DNA of 53,394 nucleotides, taken from the NCBI GenBank assembly GCA_002412085.1, contig GG745553.1, forward strand, positions 1 through 53,394, written 5' to 3'. This DNA comes from Candidatus Parvarchaeum acidophilus ARMAN-5 (GTDB lineage: Archaea > Nanobdellota > Nanobdellia > Parvarchaeales > Parvarchaeaceae). The notes under the pieces are model-generated. The model did not search any database and was not told where the DNA came from. It worked only from the letters and a program-made list of their open reading frames with translations. Position numbers and translations under genes: made by a program. Below, piece after piece: positions 29,114 through 39,026 of this stretch; the first letter of the stretch is position 1; every line of letters begins with the position of its first letter.

Positions 29114-30871
29114 TCATTTTATATTTAATATGTCCAGTAACGATTGAATGATTCCTGCATGTACAAATCCTTGTGGAAAGTTACCTGTAAAAACCTTAGC
29201 ATGTACATCTACATCTTCTCCTACAAGGTTGTTTGGGCCAGTTACACTCTTAATATTATCCAATAATTTTATTGCATCGTTTTTTCTGTTCAAATGCGCA
29301 TAAACGGAAGCAAGCCAAGTAGAGCAAAGAACAAAAGAATGGGTAGCTTTACCAATTGGATCAAAATTATACCTATAAACGAAACCTTTTATTAAGAGAT
29401 TTTTCTCTACTTGTCTAAGTGTATTAAGAAACAAAGAATCGTTGAAAGAAATAAACCCATAAAGTGGAAAAGTTAAAACTTGGGCTTCTACTTCATTACT
29501 ACCGGGATAAGTAACTATACAGCCATCTTTGACACATCTGGACAAAATCCATTGCTTTATTTCATCTTTTGCATCGGCCCAGCGATCAACTCCTCCTATT
29601 TCACTTAAAAGTTTCCCTGCACTGTCTAATGCAACCCATATCATCATCTTTGAATGTGAGTATTCCTGATCCTCTGGTTTTTCCCATATTCCCGAATCTG
29701 CTAACTGCCAGTTATCTACGAGCCAGTCAGCTATGTATTCTATTGCTTTGACATGATTTCGAATGAATTCTTTATCATTAGTTATATCGAAATATCTTCT
29801 TACAGCGTATAAGAATTCTCCCTCTATATCAAGCTGTATCTGGTTAGTTGCTCTATTCCCTATTCTTACTGGCTTTGAATTCATAAAGCCATCCAAAGAA
29901 CTTATATACTTTTCGCCGTATATTTTTGTCCCATCTATCTTATATAGATTATAAAGAGGTTTTCCAGAGTAATCTATCATACTAAACAAAAATTCTAGAG
30001 CTCTCCTACCATCTATTTCTAAACCCACCTCACATAATGCTGAAGCCATTATTGAGGAATCCCTCACCCATACATACCTGTAATCCCAATTTCTCCCACC
30101 TCTTGGGTCCTCTGGCAGAGATGCTGTAGGTGCTGCTATTATACTGCCAGTAGGAGTGTATACCATACCCAATATCGTAAATACTGAAGATTTAAAAAAT
30201 TGGTTAAAACTTTCTAAAGCTGTACCTTGTAAATCTACTTTTATTTTCTCTGCGTACGAACCCCAATAATCTATTGTCGACTCAAGAGCTTTAGATATAT
30301 TTATCGAGACGTTGTTTGGGCTTTCTAGATTATATACTTCGCGAGAAGGGTAGTAACACAGTACGAGACTGTTTATTCCTTTAGACAGCTCCCATTTATA
30401 ATCATTAGTTTTCTTAAAATTTCCATTTATTTCCAAAACTATAATGCCCTTTCCAGTTTTACTCTCAAATATAAATCTGTTTTCAGATTCTGAATAATTA
30501 AAATTGTCATTTAAAAAATTAAAAAGTGGTTTAAAGTCTACTTGTAAAATTATATCTGATTGTATGGTTCTTGCGAGTATTGCTTTTCCTTGTACAAGAA
30601 AATCTGTGATATTTGCAACACCAGATGCTGTCTTAAACGTAGTGCGAAGTATATTTGGTGCGGTGTACTTATGTTCAGAAGAAAACTCTTCTAGGGGTGA
30701 CACTTTGAATATGCCCCCTTTATTCTCATCTAGTATGTAAGCTATTGAAGGGTCTGAATCAAATTTTGGAAGACATAACCATAGAATATTTCCATTCTTA
30801 TCTATCAAGGAGCTAGTGAGCTGATTACTTATTAGCCCAATATCCTTAAAATCAGAAAAATTTAGATTCAT
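29114..30871 (-). CDS. Glycoside hydrolase family 15 (glucoamylase/trehalase-like)
   Basis: WLCLPKFDS, AAPTASLPE, RNWDYRYVWVRD, GIWE and GNFPQ motifs. Confidence 0.95.
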   Translation of the reverse strand: MNLNFSDFKDIGLISNQLTSSLIDKNGNILWLCLPKFDSDPSIAYILDENKGGIFKVSPLEEFSSEHKYTAPNILRTTFKTASGVANITDFLVQGKAILARTIQSDIILQVDFKPLFNFLNDNFNYSESENRFIFESKTGKGIIVLEINGNFKKTNDYKWELSKGINSLVLCYYPSREVYNLESPNNVSINISKALESTIDYWGSYAEKIKVDLQGTALESFNQFFKSSVFTILGMVYTPTGSIIAAPTASLPEDPRGGRNWDYRYVWVRDSSIMASALCEVGLEIDGRRALEFLFSMIDYSGKPLYNLYKIDGTKIYGEKYISSLDGFMNSKPVRIGNRATNQIQLDIEGEFLYAVRRYFDITNDKEFIRNHVKAIEYIADWLVDNWQLADSGIWEKPEDQEYSHSKMMIWVALDSAGKLLSEIGGVDRWADAKDEIKQWILSRCVKDGCIVTYPGSNEVEAQVLTFPLYGFISFNDSLFLNTLRQVEKNLLIKGFVYRYNFDPIGKATHSFVLCSTWLASVYAHLNRKNDAIKLLDNIKSVTGPNNLVGEDVDVHAKVFTGNFPQGFVHAGIIQSLLDILNIK

Positions 30872-30940
30872 ATTATTTATCGGTAATTATAAAATATAAA
30901 CTATTAATGATAAAAAACGAGTATATTACTATATCATTTT

Positions 30941-31963
30941 ATGGAAATGAAATGCGCAATTATAGATAAAACTGGCAAAATAGAAGATAACAAACTTAAA
31001 ATAAAGGAAGTGGAATTGCCAAAAATAAGTAATAATGAAATACTTCTGAAGATCAGTGCCTGCGGAGTATGCAGGACGGACTTACACATTATAGAAGGGG
31101 ACCTTGGAAAAGATATAAAGAATGTTATACCTGGACATGAAATTGTAGGCATTGTAAAAGAGATGGGTAAGGAGGTAAAGGATGTAAGTATAGGAGAAAG
31201 GGTTGGCGTAGCTTGGTTATACCGTTCATGTGGTGTATGCGAATACTGTATAAGTGGAAGAGAAAATCTCTGTAAAAACAAAGAGTTTACCGGATTTTCC
31301 AGGAATGGAGGATACTCCGAATATGTTGTCGCTGATAGTAGGTTTATTTTTAAGATTCCTGAGGGATTTAAAGATGAAGAAGCTGCTCCTTTACTTTGTT
31401 CTGGCGCGATAGGATATAGATCATTCAAACTAACAAATCCTACGCCAGGAAGCACTATTGCTATATTTGGCTTCGGAGGATCTGCGCACTTAACCGCACA
31501 GCTAATTAAAAAACTTGGACATAAAGTAGTAGTTGTAAGCAGAAACGAAAAACACCTTCAACTTGCAAAAGATTTGGGTGCAGATTTTGTATTTTCTCCA
31601 AAATATGGAGATGTATATACTAATTTAGTAGATAAGAACATAGAAAATGCGATAGTATTCGCTCCATCACCTATTCCAATAATGAACGCATTAAAAGTGA
31701 TAAAACCAGGAGGAAGGGTTGTTGTCTCGGGTATACACATAGATGGTGATATAAATCTTGATTATGACTCACAATTGTTTCACGAAAAAATGCTGCTTTC
31801 TGTAGAATCGTACACAAGAGAAGACATGATCGAATACCTTAAATTGGCATTTAATCTAGGGATAAAGCCAGTATATAAAACTATAAACTTAGGAGATGTT
31901 AATTCTGCACTTGAAAGACTAAAGAAAAGTGAAATAAACGGTGTGGAAGTGATAAAATTTTAG
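30941..31963 (+). CDS. Zinc-dependent alcohol dehydrogenase
   Basis: CGVCRTD, GHE, CxxCxxCx7C structural zinc site, GFGGSA. Confidence 0.95.
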   Translation: MEMKCAIIDKTGKIEDNKLKIKEVELPKISNNEILLKISACGVCRTDLHIIEGDLGKDIKNVIPGHEIVGIVKEMGKEVKDVSIGERVGVAWLYRSCGVCEYCISGRENLCKNKEFTGFSRNGGYSEYVVADSRFIFKIPEGFKDEEAAPLLCSGAIGYRSFKLTNPTPGSTIAIFGFGGSAHLTAQLIKKLGHKVVVVSRNEKHLQLAKDLGADFVFSPKYGDVYTNLVDKNIENAIVFAPSPIPIMNALKVIKPGGRVVVSGIHIDGDINLDYDSQLFHEKMLLSVESYTREDMIEYLKLAFNLGIKPVYKTINLGDVNSALERLKKSEINGVEVIKF

Positions 31964-31992
31964 TATTTAAATAATAAGTTAAACTTTATAAT

Positions 31993-32310
31993 ATGGATAA
32001 AAAAGAATGCATTGGAAAAAAGCTTGAAGATATACTGGAAACACCGATTTTAATATCAACAGATAAGAAAACAAGGATATATGGTTTGAAAAATAAAGGA
32101 AGGGACATAGAGATATCTGCTTATAGCCGGAGCGAAAGCAGAGAAGACTATTTTCACAAAGTAGAAATTGAATACTTACCTGCGTCAAAATACATTATAA
32201 ATGGGAGTTGTACATGTGAATCTTTTAGATATTATGGCATGCCATGCAAACATATGCTAACCGTAAGAAACGTGTACATAAAGAACCAACAAAAACTTAT
32301 AAACGGTTAA
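31993..32310 (+). CDS. SWIM zinc-finger protein
   Basis: CTCESF...PCKH motif. Confidence 0.85.
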   Translation: MDKKECIGKKLEDILETPILISTDKKTRIYGLKNKGRDIEISAYSRSESREDYFHKVEIEYLPASKYIINGSCTCESFRYYGMPCKHMLTVRNVYIKNQQKLING

Positions 32311-32320
32311 ATTTGCTAAA

Positions 32321-32788
32321 TTAATAGGGGCTGTAACGATTAGCCATCTTCTTTTTTATATCTTCATTTATTATTGTATCTATATACTTGTTGCTTAGCT
32401 TATCTTTGGATAAAATTTTAGCTAAAAAATCCTTTCCTTGTGAAATTTTATAAGATACATCTAAGTGTAAAACATAACGCGGAAGATCAGTATTATTAAT
32501 AAGAACATTCAAATCATTCATTAAATTATCTCTTTTCTTTAAGAAAAGCTCATCCGAAAGGTATATTCGGGAATCTGGATAGTCATAAGGTAATAGAACC
32601 TTTACGGCTTTTTTATATAGATTTGATTTATCCTTTATGCCATCCCTGTTTACACAGTAACTTATATCATCTAGTATTTTATCACAATAAACATGAAACT
32701 GAGAGAATCCCTCAACCAACGAGTCTATCTCCTGTTCTGGTATACCTTCAGACAACAATCTGCTTTCTAATTTATTTTTAGATATCAT
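32321..32788 (-). CDS. Hypothetical protein
   Basis: 155-aa ORF with a TATA-like element upstream. Confidence 0.65.
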   Translation of the reverse strand: MISKNKLESRLLSEGIPEQEIDSLVEGFSQFHVYCDKILDDISYCVNRDGIKDKSNLYKKAVKVLLPYDYPDSRIYLSDELFLKKRDNLMNDLNVLINNTDLPRYVLHLDVSYKISQGKDFLAKILSKDKLSNKYIDTIINEDIKKKMANRYSPY

Positions 32789-32882
32789 TTCTTTATATGA
32801 TTATAAGACATATAAATACTTTAAAATTTAAAAGATAGCTTCAAAAAGAGAATTAAAGTCGATATAAACAGAATAAATAATT

Positions 32883-32907
32883 AAAAAAAATAAAGGGGTA
32901 ATACCCC
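32883..32907 (-). terminator. Hairpin plus T-run terminator downstream of the DUF1059 gene
   Basis: GGGGTA-T-TACCCC followed by TTTATTTTTTTT on the minus strand. Confidence 0.55.
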
Positions 32908-32941
32908 CAAGATTTTTTGCTTAGAACCAATAAATTAAACC

Positions 32942-33151
32942 CTACTCCTTTTTATCGGATTCAGATTCATTTTTTGGTTCTTCGGTTATTGCAGCCTTGA
33001 CTTTTTGCATAGTCTCATCTGAGATTTCTGCCATGTCATGGGCTTGCTTGCCGTGTTCTGCAATCTTAGGCATAAGCTCATCCATTGTTTCAGCTTCTGC
33101 TTTAAAATCGCAGTCTAGGCCGGTATCCCTGCAAGAAAATTTGTAGGCCAT
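32942..33151 (-). CDS. DUF1059-family small metal-binding protein
   Basis: FSCRDTGLDCDF...EHGKQAH pattern. Confidence 0.88.
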   Translation of the reverse strand: MAYKFSCRDTGLDCDFKAEAETMDELMPKIAEHGKQAHDMAEISDETMQKVKAAITEEPKNESESDKKE

Positions 33152-33205
33152 AAAACCACATCCTTTTAAAGGTAGTAATCATTTATAAGTGTTCACAACT
33201 TTTGC

Positions 33206-33289
33206 CTATTGATCGGAACAGCCACAACCACAATTATTATTGCAACCGCAACTACAACCACTATTCTCTTCTTTAGCGTCTTCTGCCAT
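33206..33289 (-). CDS. Cys-rich 27-aa micropeptide (metallothionein-like), not in the ORF track
   Basis: MAEDAKEENSGCSCGCNNNCGCGCSDQ; TTATATAAAT 22-31 bp upstream of the ATG. Confidence 0.6.
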   Translation of the reverse strand: MAEDAKEENSGCSCGCNNNCGCGCSDQ

Positions 33290-33308
33290 GCTTATTTATG
33301 TAACCTTT

Positions 33309-34919
33309 CTATTTATATAACTTGTTGCTAGCGGCTTTTAGAAATGATATAAATAAAGGCGCCGGCGATTCTATCCTAGACTTAAGTTCTGGGTGAGCTT
33401 GCGTAGCAATGCCAAAACCACTACTCCATTCTACGATTTCTACAAGTTTATTATCTGTAGTCGTAGCGGTAACTTTTAGTCCTTTGCTCTCTAGTAGTTT
33501 TCTAAATTTATTGTTAAATTCATACCTATGTCTATGTCTTTCAGATACTATTTTCTTCTGGTAAGCAGAAAATGCTATGGAATTTTTATCTTTTATGACC
33601 ATATCCCACGCTCCTAACCTCATTGTGCCGCCTTTTTTGTCTACTGACAACTGCGAGGGGAGTATATCTACTACATTGTACTTTGTTTTTGGATTAAATT
33701 CGGTTGAATTTGCATTAGTAAGGCCACATACATTTCTAGCGAATTCTACAGTCATTAGTTGCATACCCAAACATAAACCTAAATAGGGTACATTATGGGT
33801 TCTTGCATATTCTATGGCAGAGATCATACCTTCTATCCCCCTAGTTCCGAATCCGCCGGGTACTATGATACCATTTACTCCTTCGAGAGAAGTGCGAGAT
33901 CCGTCTTTCTCTAAATTTTCGGATTCTACCCAGTCTATTTTAAGTTTTAACGATAACTTTCCTGCTGCATGCATAAGGGCCTCCTTTACGCTTACGTAAG
34001 AATCCCTTAAGTCTACGTATTTACCTACTATGGCTATTTTAACTTCTTTTCCTTCTTTTCTTACTATATTTTCAACGTTAACGTTCCAATTATCTCTCTT
34101 TTTTGCGTTCATTTTATGATTTTTATATTTTAAGAGTTTTAGAAGGGCCTTATCAAATTTCTGCTCTATAAGATAATTTGGAAGTTGATATGGCGAATCC
34201 ATGTCGGGATCATTAATTATTCTGTCTGAAGCTAGACTGGTGAACATGGAAAGTTTCTTTTTTATTTCATCTTCCATTTTACCATCTGTCCTACATATTA
34301 GAAAATTAGGAGTTATGCCCATTGCCATAAGAGCTCTGAAAGCCGACTGAGTAGGTTTCGTTTTCTGTTCTCCAACGGTTTTTAATCTAGGTATATATGT
34401 AACATCAACGAATACAACCGATTCCTTCAAGGATAATTGTCTCATTGCTTCTATGAAATAACCATTTTCTAAATCGCCGACGGTACCTCCAACCTCTATT
34501 ACAACAAAATCCAAAGAGTTCTTTGATGCAAATCTTATAATTTTTTCCTGAATCTCGTTTGTCAAATGAGGTATAACTTGGACATCTTGGCCTAAAAATT
34601 TACCTTTTCGCTCATCTTCGATTATTTCGCCGAATACTTTTCCACCGGTTATAGACGAATTACTTGTAATATCTTTATTAAGGAACCTTTCATAAGTACC
34701 AAAATCCATGTCTACTTCCCCTTTATCATTAAGTACAAAGACCTCTCCATGTCTATAAGGGTTCATAGTACCGCAATCATAATTTAGGTAGCCATCAAAT
34801 TTTATAGGAAGCACTTTAAAATCGTACATATCAAGTATTTTCATTATAGAAGATGAAACTACTCCTTTACCTAGACCGCTCATTACGGATCCTAAAACAA
34901 CTATAAATTTTGTATTCAT
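33309..34919 (-). CDS. pyrG: CTP synthase
   Basis: SGLGKG, GTMNPYRHGEV, KTKPTQ, GLCLGMQ, RHRHRYE and HPE motifs. Confidence 0.98.
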   Translation of the reverse strand: MNTKFIVVLGSVMSGLGKGVVSSSIMKILDMYDFKVLPIKFDGYLNYDCGTMNPYRHGEVFVLNDKGEVDMDFGTYERFLNKDITSNSSITGGKVFGEIIEDERKGKFLGQDVQVIPHLTNEIQEKIIRFASKNSLDFVVIEVGGTVGDLENGYFIEAMRQLSLKESVVFVDVTYIPRLKTVGEQKTKPTQSAFRALMAMGITPNFLICRTDGKMEDEIKKKLSMFTSLASDRIINDPDMDSPYQLPNYLIEQKFDKALLKLLKYKNHKMNAKKRDNWNVNVENIVRKEGKEVKIAIVGKYVDLRDSYVSVKEALMHAAGKLSLKLKIDWVESENLEKDGSRTSLEGVNGIIVPGGFGTRGIEGMISAIEYARTHNVPYLGLCLGMQLMTVEFARNVCGLTNANSTEFNPKTKYNVVDILPSQLSVDKKGGTMRLGAWDMVIKDKNSIAFSAYQKKIVSERHRHRYEFNNKFRKLLESKGLKVTATTTDNKLVEIVEWSSGFGIATQAHPELKSRIESPAPLFISFLKAASNKLYK

Positions 34920-35043
34920 TTAATTTAACTTTCTTGGTATTTTTATATTTTTCGTCGCCTATAAAGTACATATAATTGCTTATTCCGCTCATATAGAAAG
35001 TGGAATAACCTCCTTCGTTTTAATAGATCTTATATAACTAGAG

Positions 35044-35763
35044 TTATGCTTTATAGTTTACCGATATACTTAGAGCGGTAGATAAATCGAAAATATGGGT
35101 ATACCAACCAGACTTATATAATCCAAGCCAAAGCAGCAGTATACCGACGAATTCTGAATAATATAGAAAAGTAGGAAAATGTGCTATGTAAAGAGACCCT
35201 GCTGCACTGACTATAACTACACCTGCTATTATAGAAAGCATCTCTTTACTGGAAGTTTTTCTATAGGATATTAAGGCTACCAATATAAGCGCAACTGCCG
35301 CTGGAAAAGTTATAACAGAGGATGATATTACTATTAGCAGAGGAAGTACTCCATAAACCACATGATTCGTAAGTATATTTCCAATATTTGAAAATACCAA
35401 AGAATACAGTATAAAAACCGTTGAAAACACCATAAATAAACTGTAATAAAGCAGTAATTTCGTTTTCTTAAGTAACACTATGGATCCAAGTGCTAAAAAC
35501 CCTACTAGAAGAGCAACGGATAATAGATATGTTTTTATAAGAATTTGGTTGTATATGTTAAAAGCGAAAAGAACTTCCAAAATAACTCCTAAAGCAAACA
35601 ACCATAGCCCTACAGACCAGTATAATTGATTCTTTCCTTTCTTCTTTGCGTATTTATATGTCATTAATGACGCTAAGGGTATTGTCAGAGCTAGTATTAG
35701 TAATGTAGAAAATTCTATGAACAATTCACTTGAAAATAAATTAGACATTAAGGTATAATACAT
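35044..35763 (-). CDS. Multi-pass membrane protein
   Basis: About 7 hydrophobic helices in 239 aa. Confidence 0.8.
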   Translation of the reverse strand: MYYTLMSNLFSSELFIEFSTLLILALTIPLASLMTYKYAKKKGKNQLYWSVGLWLFALGVILEVLFAFNIYNQILIKTYLLSVALLVGFLALGSIVLLKKTKLLLYYSLFMVFSTVFILYSLVFSNIGNILTNHVVYGVLPLLIVISSSVITFPAAVALILVALISYRKTSSKEMLSIIAGVVIVSAAGSLYIAHFPTFLYYSEFVGILLLWLGLYKSGWYTHIFDLSTALSISVNYKA

Positions 35764-35849
35764 AAATAATATTTAAATTAAATTACAAGAGAAATTGTAT
35801 ACTACTATAACTATATAGTATAAATTGATTCTGCCAGAACAATTATTTT

Positions 35850-36335
35850 TTAATCAGTTATAAGGCCTATAAAGAGTTTGTCATCGCCACGAAATTTTTT
35901 CTCTCCTGGTAATCTAAGAAATAAGTAAATTGTTTTTTCATTAAATATGATCTTTAAAGGGGGAGAATACTTGTAGAAAGATTTAGTGAATGTTTCATCA
36001 TAGCCTACAGATACCTTTGATATAAACCTCTTCTCTATAACCAGTAAAGGCTTGTCCAATTTCTTATTGTAAAAATCTATACTTTCCTGAGTTATCGTCA
36101 AGAAACCTGTATGTTTGTGCAGAGGTTTTACAGAACTCCTCCCAACTTTAGCTATTATTTTTTTTCTCATGCTTATTTGAAGTATTTCTTCTTTGAATAT
36201 CCACACAACTTCAAAAAGACCTAGCCCTCTTTTTATAGAATCATTTATGAACTTCATTCTAGGAGTTTCTCCTCTAAACAAGTCTACTACATTTAATACA
36301 TTTTTATCTACTGAAACGCTTAGATCTTCCTTCAT
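35850..36335 (-). CDS. Hypothetical protein, RHH-like N-terminus plus PH-like C-terminus
   Basis: SVSVDKNVLNVVDLFRGETPRMKFINDSI pattern; GFLTITQESIDF beta-rich region. Confidence 0.6.
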   Translation of the reverse strand: MKEDLSVSVDKNVLNVVDLFRGETPRMKFINDSIKRGLGLFEVVWIFKEEILQISMRKKIIAKVGRSSVKPLHKHTGFLTITQESIDFYNKKLDKPLLVIEKRFISKVSVGYDETFTKSFYKYSPPLKIIFNEKTIYLFLRLPGEKKFRGDDKLFIGLITD

Positions 36336-36421
36336 ATAATAGTTTATACGTTGTATATCAATTAAACTATTTAATTACTATTTGTATTCGTATTATTTTA
36401 ATTAAAAGTGGGGATAAATGT

Positions 36422-36850
36422 TTATATAAACTGGATTATCATCTGAATTATAAAACCTATCGCACCTATTATAAATGTGCCTATTATAACCATTATCGAA
36501 AGCTCTTTAAATTCCTGTTTTGTTGGTTTTCTGGCAAGATGCAGTATCCTACTATATTCGAATTTATAATGCTCAAGTTTTGCTTTTATATTCAAAGGAT
36601 GGGCCTTCTTAACTGCATTCTTTATGTGATATAAATGAAACCTTCGCTTTTTTTTAATGGCTGTTTTCGGAGTGCTCTGAACTTCTACCTTTTTAGGCTC
36701 CTGCTTTTGATTGGTATCTACAGTTGGTTGCTGACTAGCTTGACTTGAAACGTTCTGAGTTTCCTGTGGCTTGTTATTTGAATCTTCTTTAACGGCAGTT
36801 ATGTCCTTTTCTGTGTTATTTACATCGCCTAAACTTCTGTTCTCATCCAT
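36422..36850 (-). CDS. secE: Protein translocase SecE/Sec61-gamma with a long N-terminal extension
   Basis: EYSRILHLARKPTKQEF plus TM IIGAIGFII; directly downstream of ftsZ. Confidence 0.92.
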   Translation of the reverse strand: MDENRSLGDVNNTEKDITAVKEDSNNKPQETQNVSSQASQQPTVDTNQKQEPKKVEVQSTPKTAIKKKRRFHLYHIKNAVKKAHPLNIKAKLEHYKFEYSRILHLARKPTKQEFKELSIMVIIGTFIIGAIGFIIQMIIQFI

Positions 36851-36858
36851 ATATATAT

Positions 36859-37986
36859 TTAACTTAAAAAGGTTATACCCAATTCGTCTTCAACTTCACG
36901 CTTTTCTTTTAACTGTTTGTCTTCTTCTATAGATTTTCCGCTTATTTGTTTTGAAGAAACTCCTGTTATTATTGCGAGCACCTTAATTGTATTTTTGAGA
37001 TCTGGGAATATATGAGCACCCCATATTATATTTATATCTTCTGGTAATTTTTGTCCGATTAAATCAACCAATTTGTTTGCTTCTTCCAATGTTAACGAAG
37101 GCCCTCCACTTACATCTATTAACATACCTTTTGCGGTAGAAACATCTACATCTATTAACGGATTGTTTAGAACTTTCTCTACTACACTTTCTAGTTTTTT
37201 ATCTTTTGCATCGCTTTCTCCGGTACCTATAAGAGCCACTCCGCCATTTAGCATTATCCTCTTTACGTCTGCAAAGTCAACGTTTATAAGTCCAGGTTTG
37301 GTTATAAGTTCGGTTATACCTTTTACAGCATTTGTTAAAACGTCATCTGCTATTTTAAGAGCTATAGGCAATGGTAAACCGGGCGCTATAGCCATCAATT
37401 TTTCATTTGGTACTGTTATAAGTGTATCTACTGTATTTCTGAGCTTCTCTACCCCATTAAGAGCAGAGTTCATTCTCCTTTTTCCCTCAGCTTTAAAGGG
37501 AAGCGTAACTACCGCTATTGTAAGCGCGTTAATCTTTTTCGCTACTGACGCAGTTATAGGTGCCGCTCCAGTACCTGTTCCACCACCCATACCACAACAT
37601 ATAAAAACTAAATCCGCGCCTTGCAAAGCTTCTTTTATTTCCTGTTCTTGTTCTTTTGCTGCGGCTTCTCCTACTGCAGGGTCTGCTCCCGCTCCGAGCC
37701 CATTTGTTAATTCTTTACCTATTAGTATTTTTTTATCGGCAGGTGTGCACAGTAAATCTGCTGCATCGGTATTTATAGCTATAAATTCGGCGCCTTTTAT
37801 TCCGACTTCAAACATCCTGTTTAAAGTGTTATTACCTGATCCGCCTACACCTACTACTTTTATATTCGCTCTTCTGGAAGCTATAAGATCTTCTAATGCC
37901 TTATCAAATTCTTTTGTCTTGCTTGAGTCATACTTTATCCCTTTTACTCCTTGACTCAAAGAGCTATTCATTTGCATTTCGTCCAT
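36859..37986 (-). CDS. ftsZ: Cell division protein FtsZ (FtsZ1 type by the secE context)
   Basis: GVGGSGNN, GMGGGTGTG and NVDFADV motifs. Confidence 0.98.
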   Translation of the reverse strand: MDEMQMNSSLSQGVKGIKYDSSKTKEFDKALEDLIASRRANIKVVGVGGSGNNTLNRMFEVGIKGAEFIAINTDAADLLCTPADKKILIGKELTNGLGAGADPAVGEAAAKEQEQEIKEALQGADLVFICCGMGGGTGTGAAPITASVAKKINALTIAVVTLPFKAEGKRRMNSALNGVEKLRNTVDTLITVPNEKLMAIAPGLPLPIALKIADDVLTNAVKGITELITKPGLINVDFADVKRIMLNGGVALIGTGESDAKDKKLESVVEKVLNNPLIDVDVSTAKGMLIDVSGGPSLTLEEANKLVDLIGQKLPEDINIIWGAHIFPDLKNTIKVLAIITGVSSKQISGKSIEEDKQLKEKREVEDELGITFLS

Positions 37987-38045
37987 AAAAATAACCTCAC
38001 TATTACTTTATTCTTAATTAGTATATATAAATATTGTATAGTCGT

Positions 38046-38690
38046 TTATTGGTTCGATATGTCCAGCTTGAACTCTTTGTTTATATATTTTTGAATATCT
38101 GACAATATACTGTCTTTAACATAAGGTTTTACTTCCTCTTTAGTTTTTATTAAAACCTTTTCATCCGTTATATCTATAGTTTCCGGCTTATTGCCTATAT
38201 AATGTTCAAATATTGCGGAACATTTTTCATTGTTATTCTCTATTATTGATAATATATCTATATCATATGTAAGTTCTTTACCGGCCAAAGGATGGTTATA
38301 ACTAACGAGTACCCTGCCACTGTTCACGGCCAATACTGTTGCCATTGTATTATCAAGCATAACCATATCTCCAACAGTAGGATTTATGTTATTATTTCTA
38401 AAAATTGATAGTCCATATGTTTTTATTAAGTCTTTCCTAAATTCGCCAAATCCGTCTTTAGGACTAACATTTATCCTGTATTTATCTCCTACATTCTTAC
38501 CCTCAATTGAATCGGATATTGCTTTTAGTACATAATTACTTCCAACTATGACCAGAATTGGAGAAAACTTGTAATCTCCTTTTATGTTTTCTTTTTCTGC
38601 TACTGCCTTGTCAGTAAGGTCAAAAATCTGGCCGGAGGATGCTATTCTTCCGACAAAATTAATCATAACAAAATCATTTTTATTAATCAT
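38046..38690 (-). CDS. FKBP-type peptidyl-prolyl isomerase (archaeal long type)
   Basis: FDLT, VSPKDGFG and NHPLAGKEL motifs. Confidence 0.92.
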   Translation of the reverse strand: MINKNDFVMINFVGRIASSGQIFDLTDKAVAEKENIKGDYKFSPILVIVGSNYVLKAISDSIEGKNVGDKYRINVSPKDGFGEFRKDLIKTYGLSIFRNNNINPTVGDMVMLDNTMATVLAVNSGRVLVSYNHPLAGKELTYDIDILSIIENNNEKCSAIFEHYIGNKPETIDITDEKVLIKTKEEVKPYVKDSILSDIQKYINKEFKLDISNQ

Positions 38691-38693
38691 CTA

Positions 38694-38963
38694 TTACCTC
38701 ATCATCTCTATCGAAATGAAGGAAACATTCCTTTTTTTACCGTCTTTATCTTCTAATTCTTCCGTCCCCAATTCCACATTTGACAGTTTTAAATCTTTCA
38801 TAAACTTATGTATAGTTACTTGAGATATATCTACTGCAGTTGATATCGCGGATCCCCTGGCTTTTATGATGACTTTATTGTTACCTGAATTCATGTGTGT
38901 AAGTATGGCCATTACATAGGACATTACCGGCTTTTTCCCTACAAAAATTATATCGTTCTCCAT
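38694..38963 (-). CDS. albA: DNA/RNA-binding protein Alba
   Basis: VGKKPVMSYV, KARGSAIS and VSFISI motifs. Confidence 0.96.
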   Translation of the reverse strand: MENDIIFVGKKPVMSYVMAILTHMNSGNNKVIIKARGSAISTAVDISQVTIHKFMKDLKLSNVELGTEELEDKDGKKRNVSFISIEMMR

Positions 38964-39026
38964 AATTTTAACATGTATATTTCATTTCGTTGCTTTAAAC
39001 ATATATAAATATTTGTTTTTGTAGCG

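Noticed and set aside
37073-37954. 293-aa plus-strand ORF, and similar ones at 50276, 30934 and 44010
   Set aside because: Antisense shadows of ftsZ, ADH and the methyltransferase with no independent motifs
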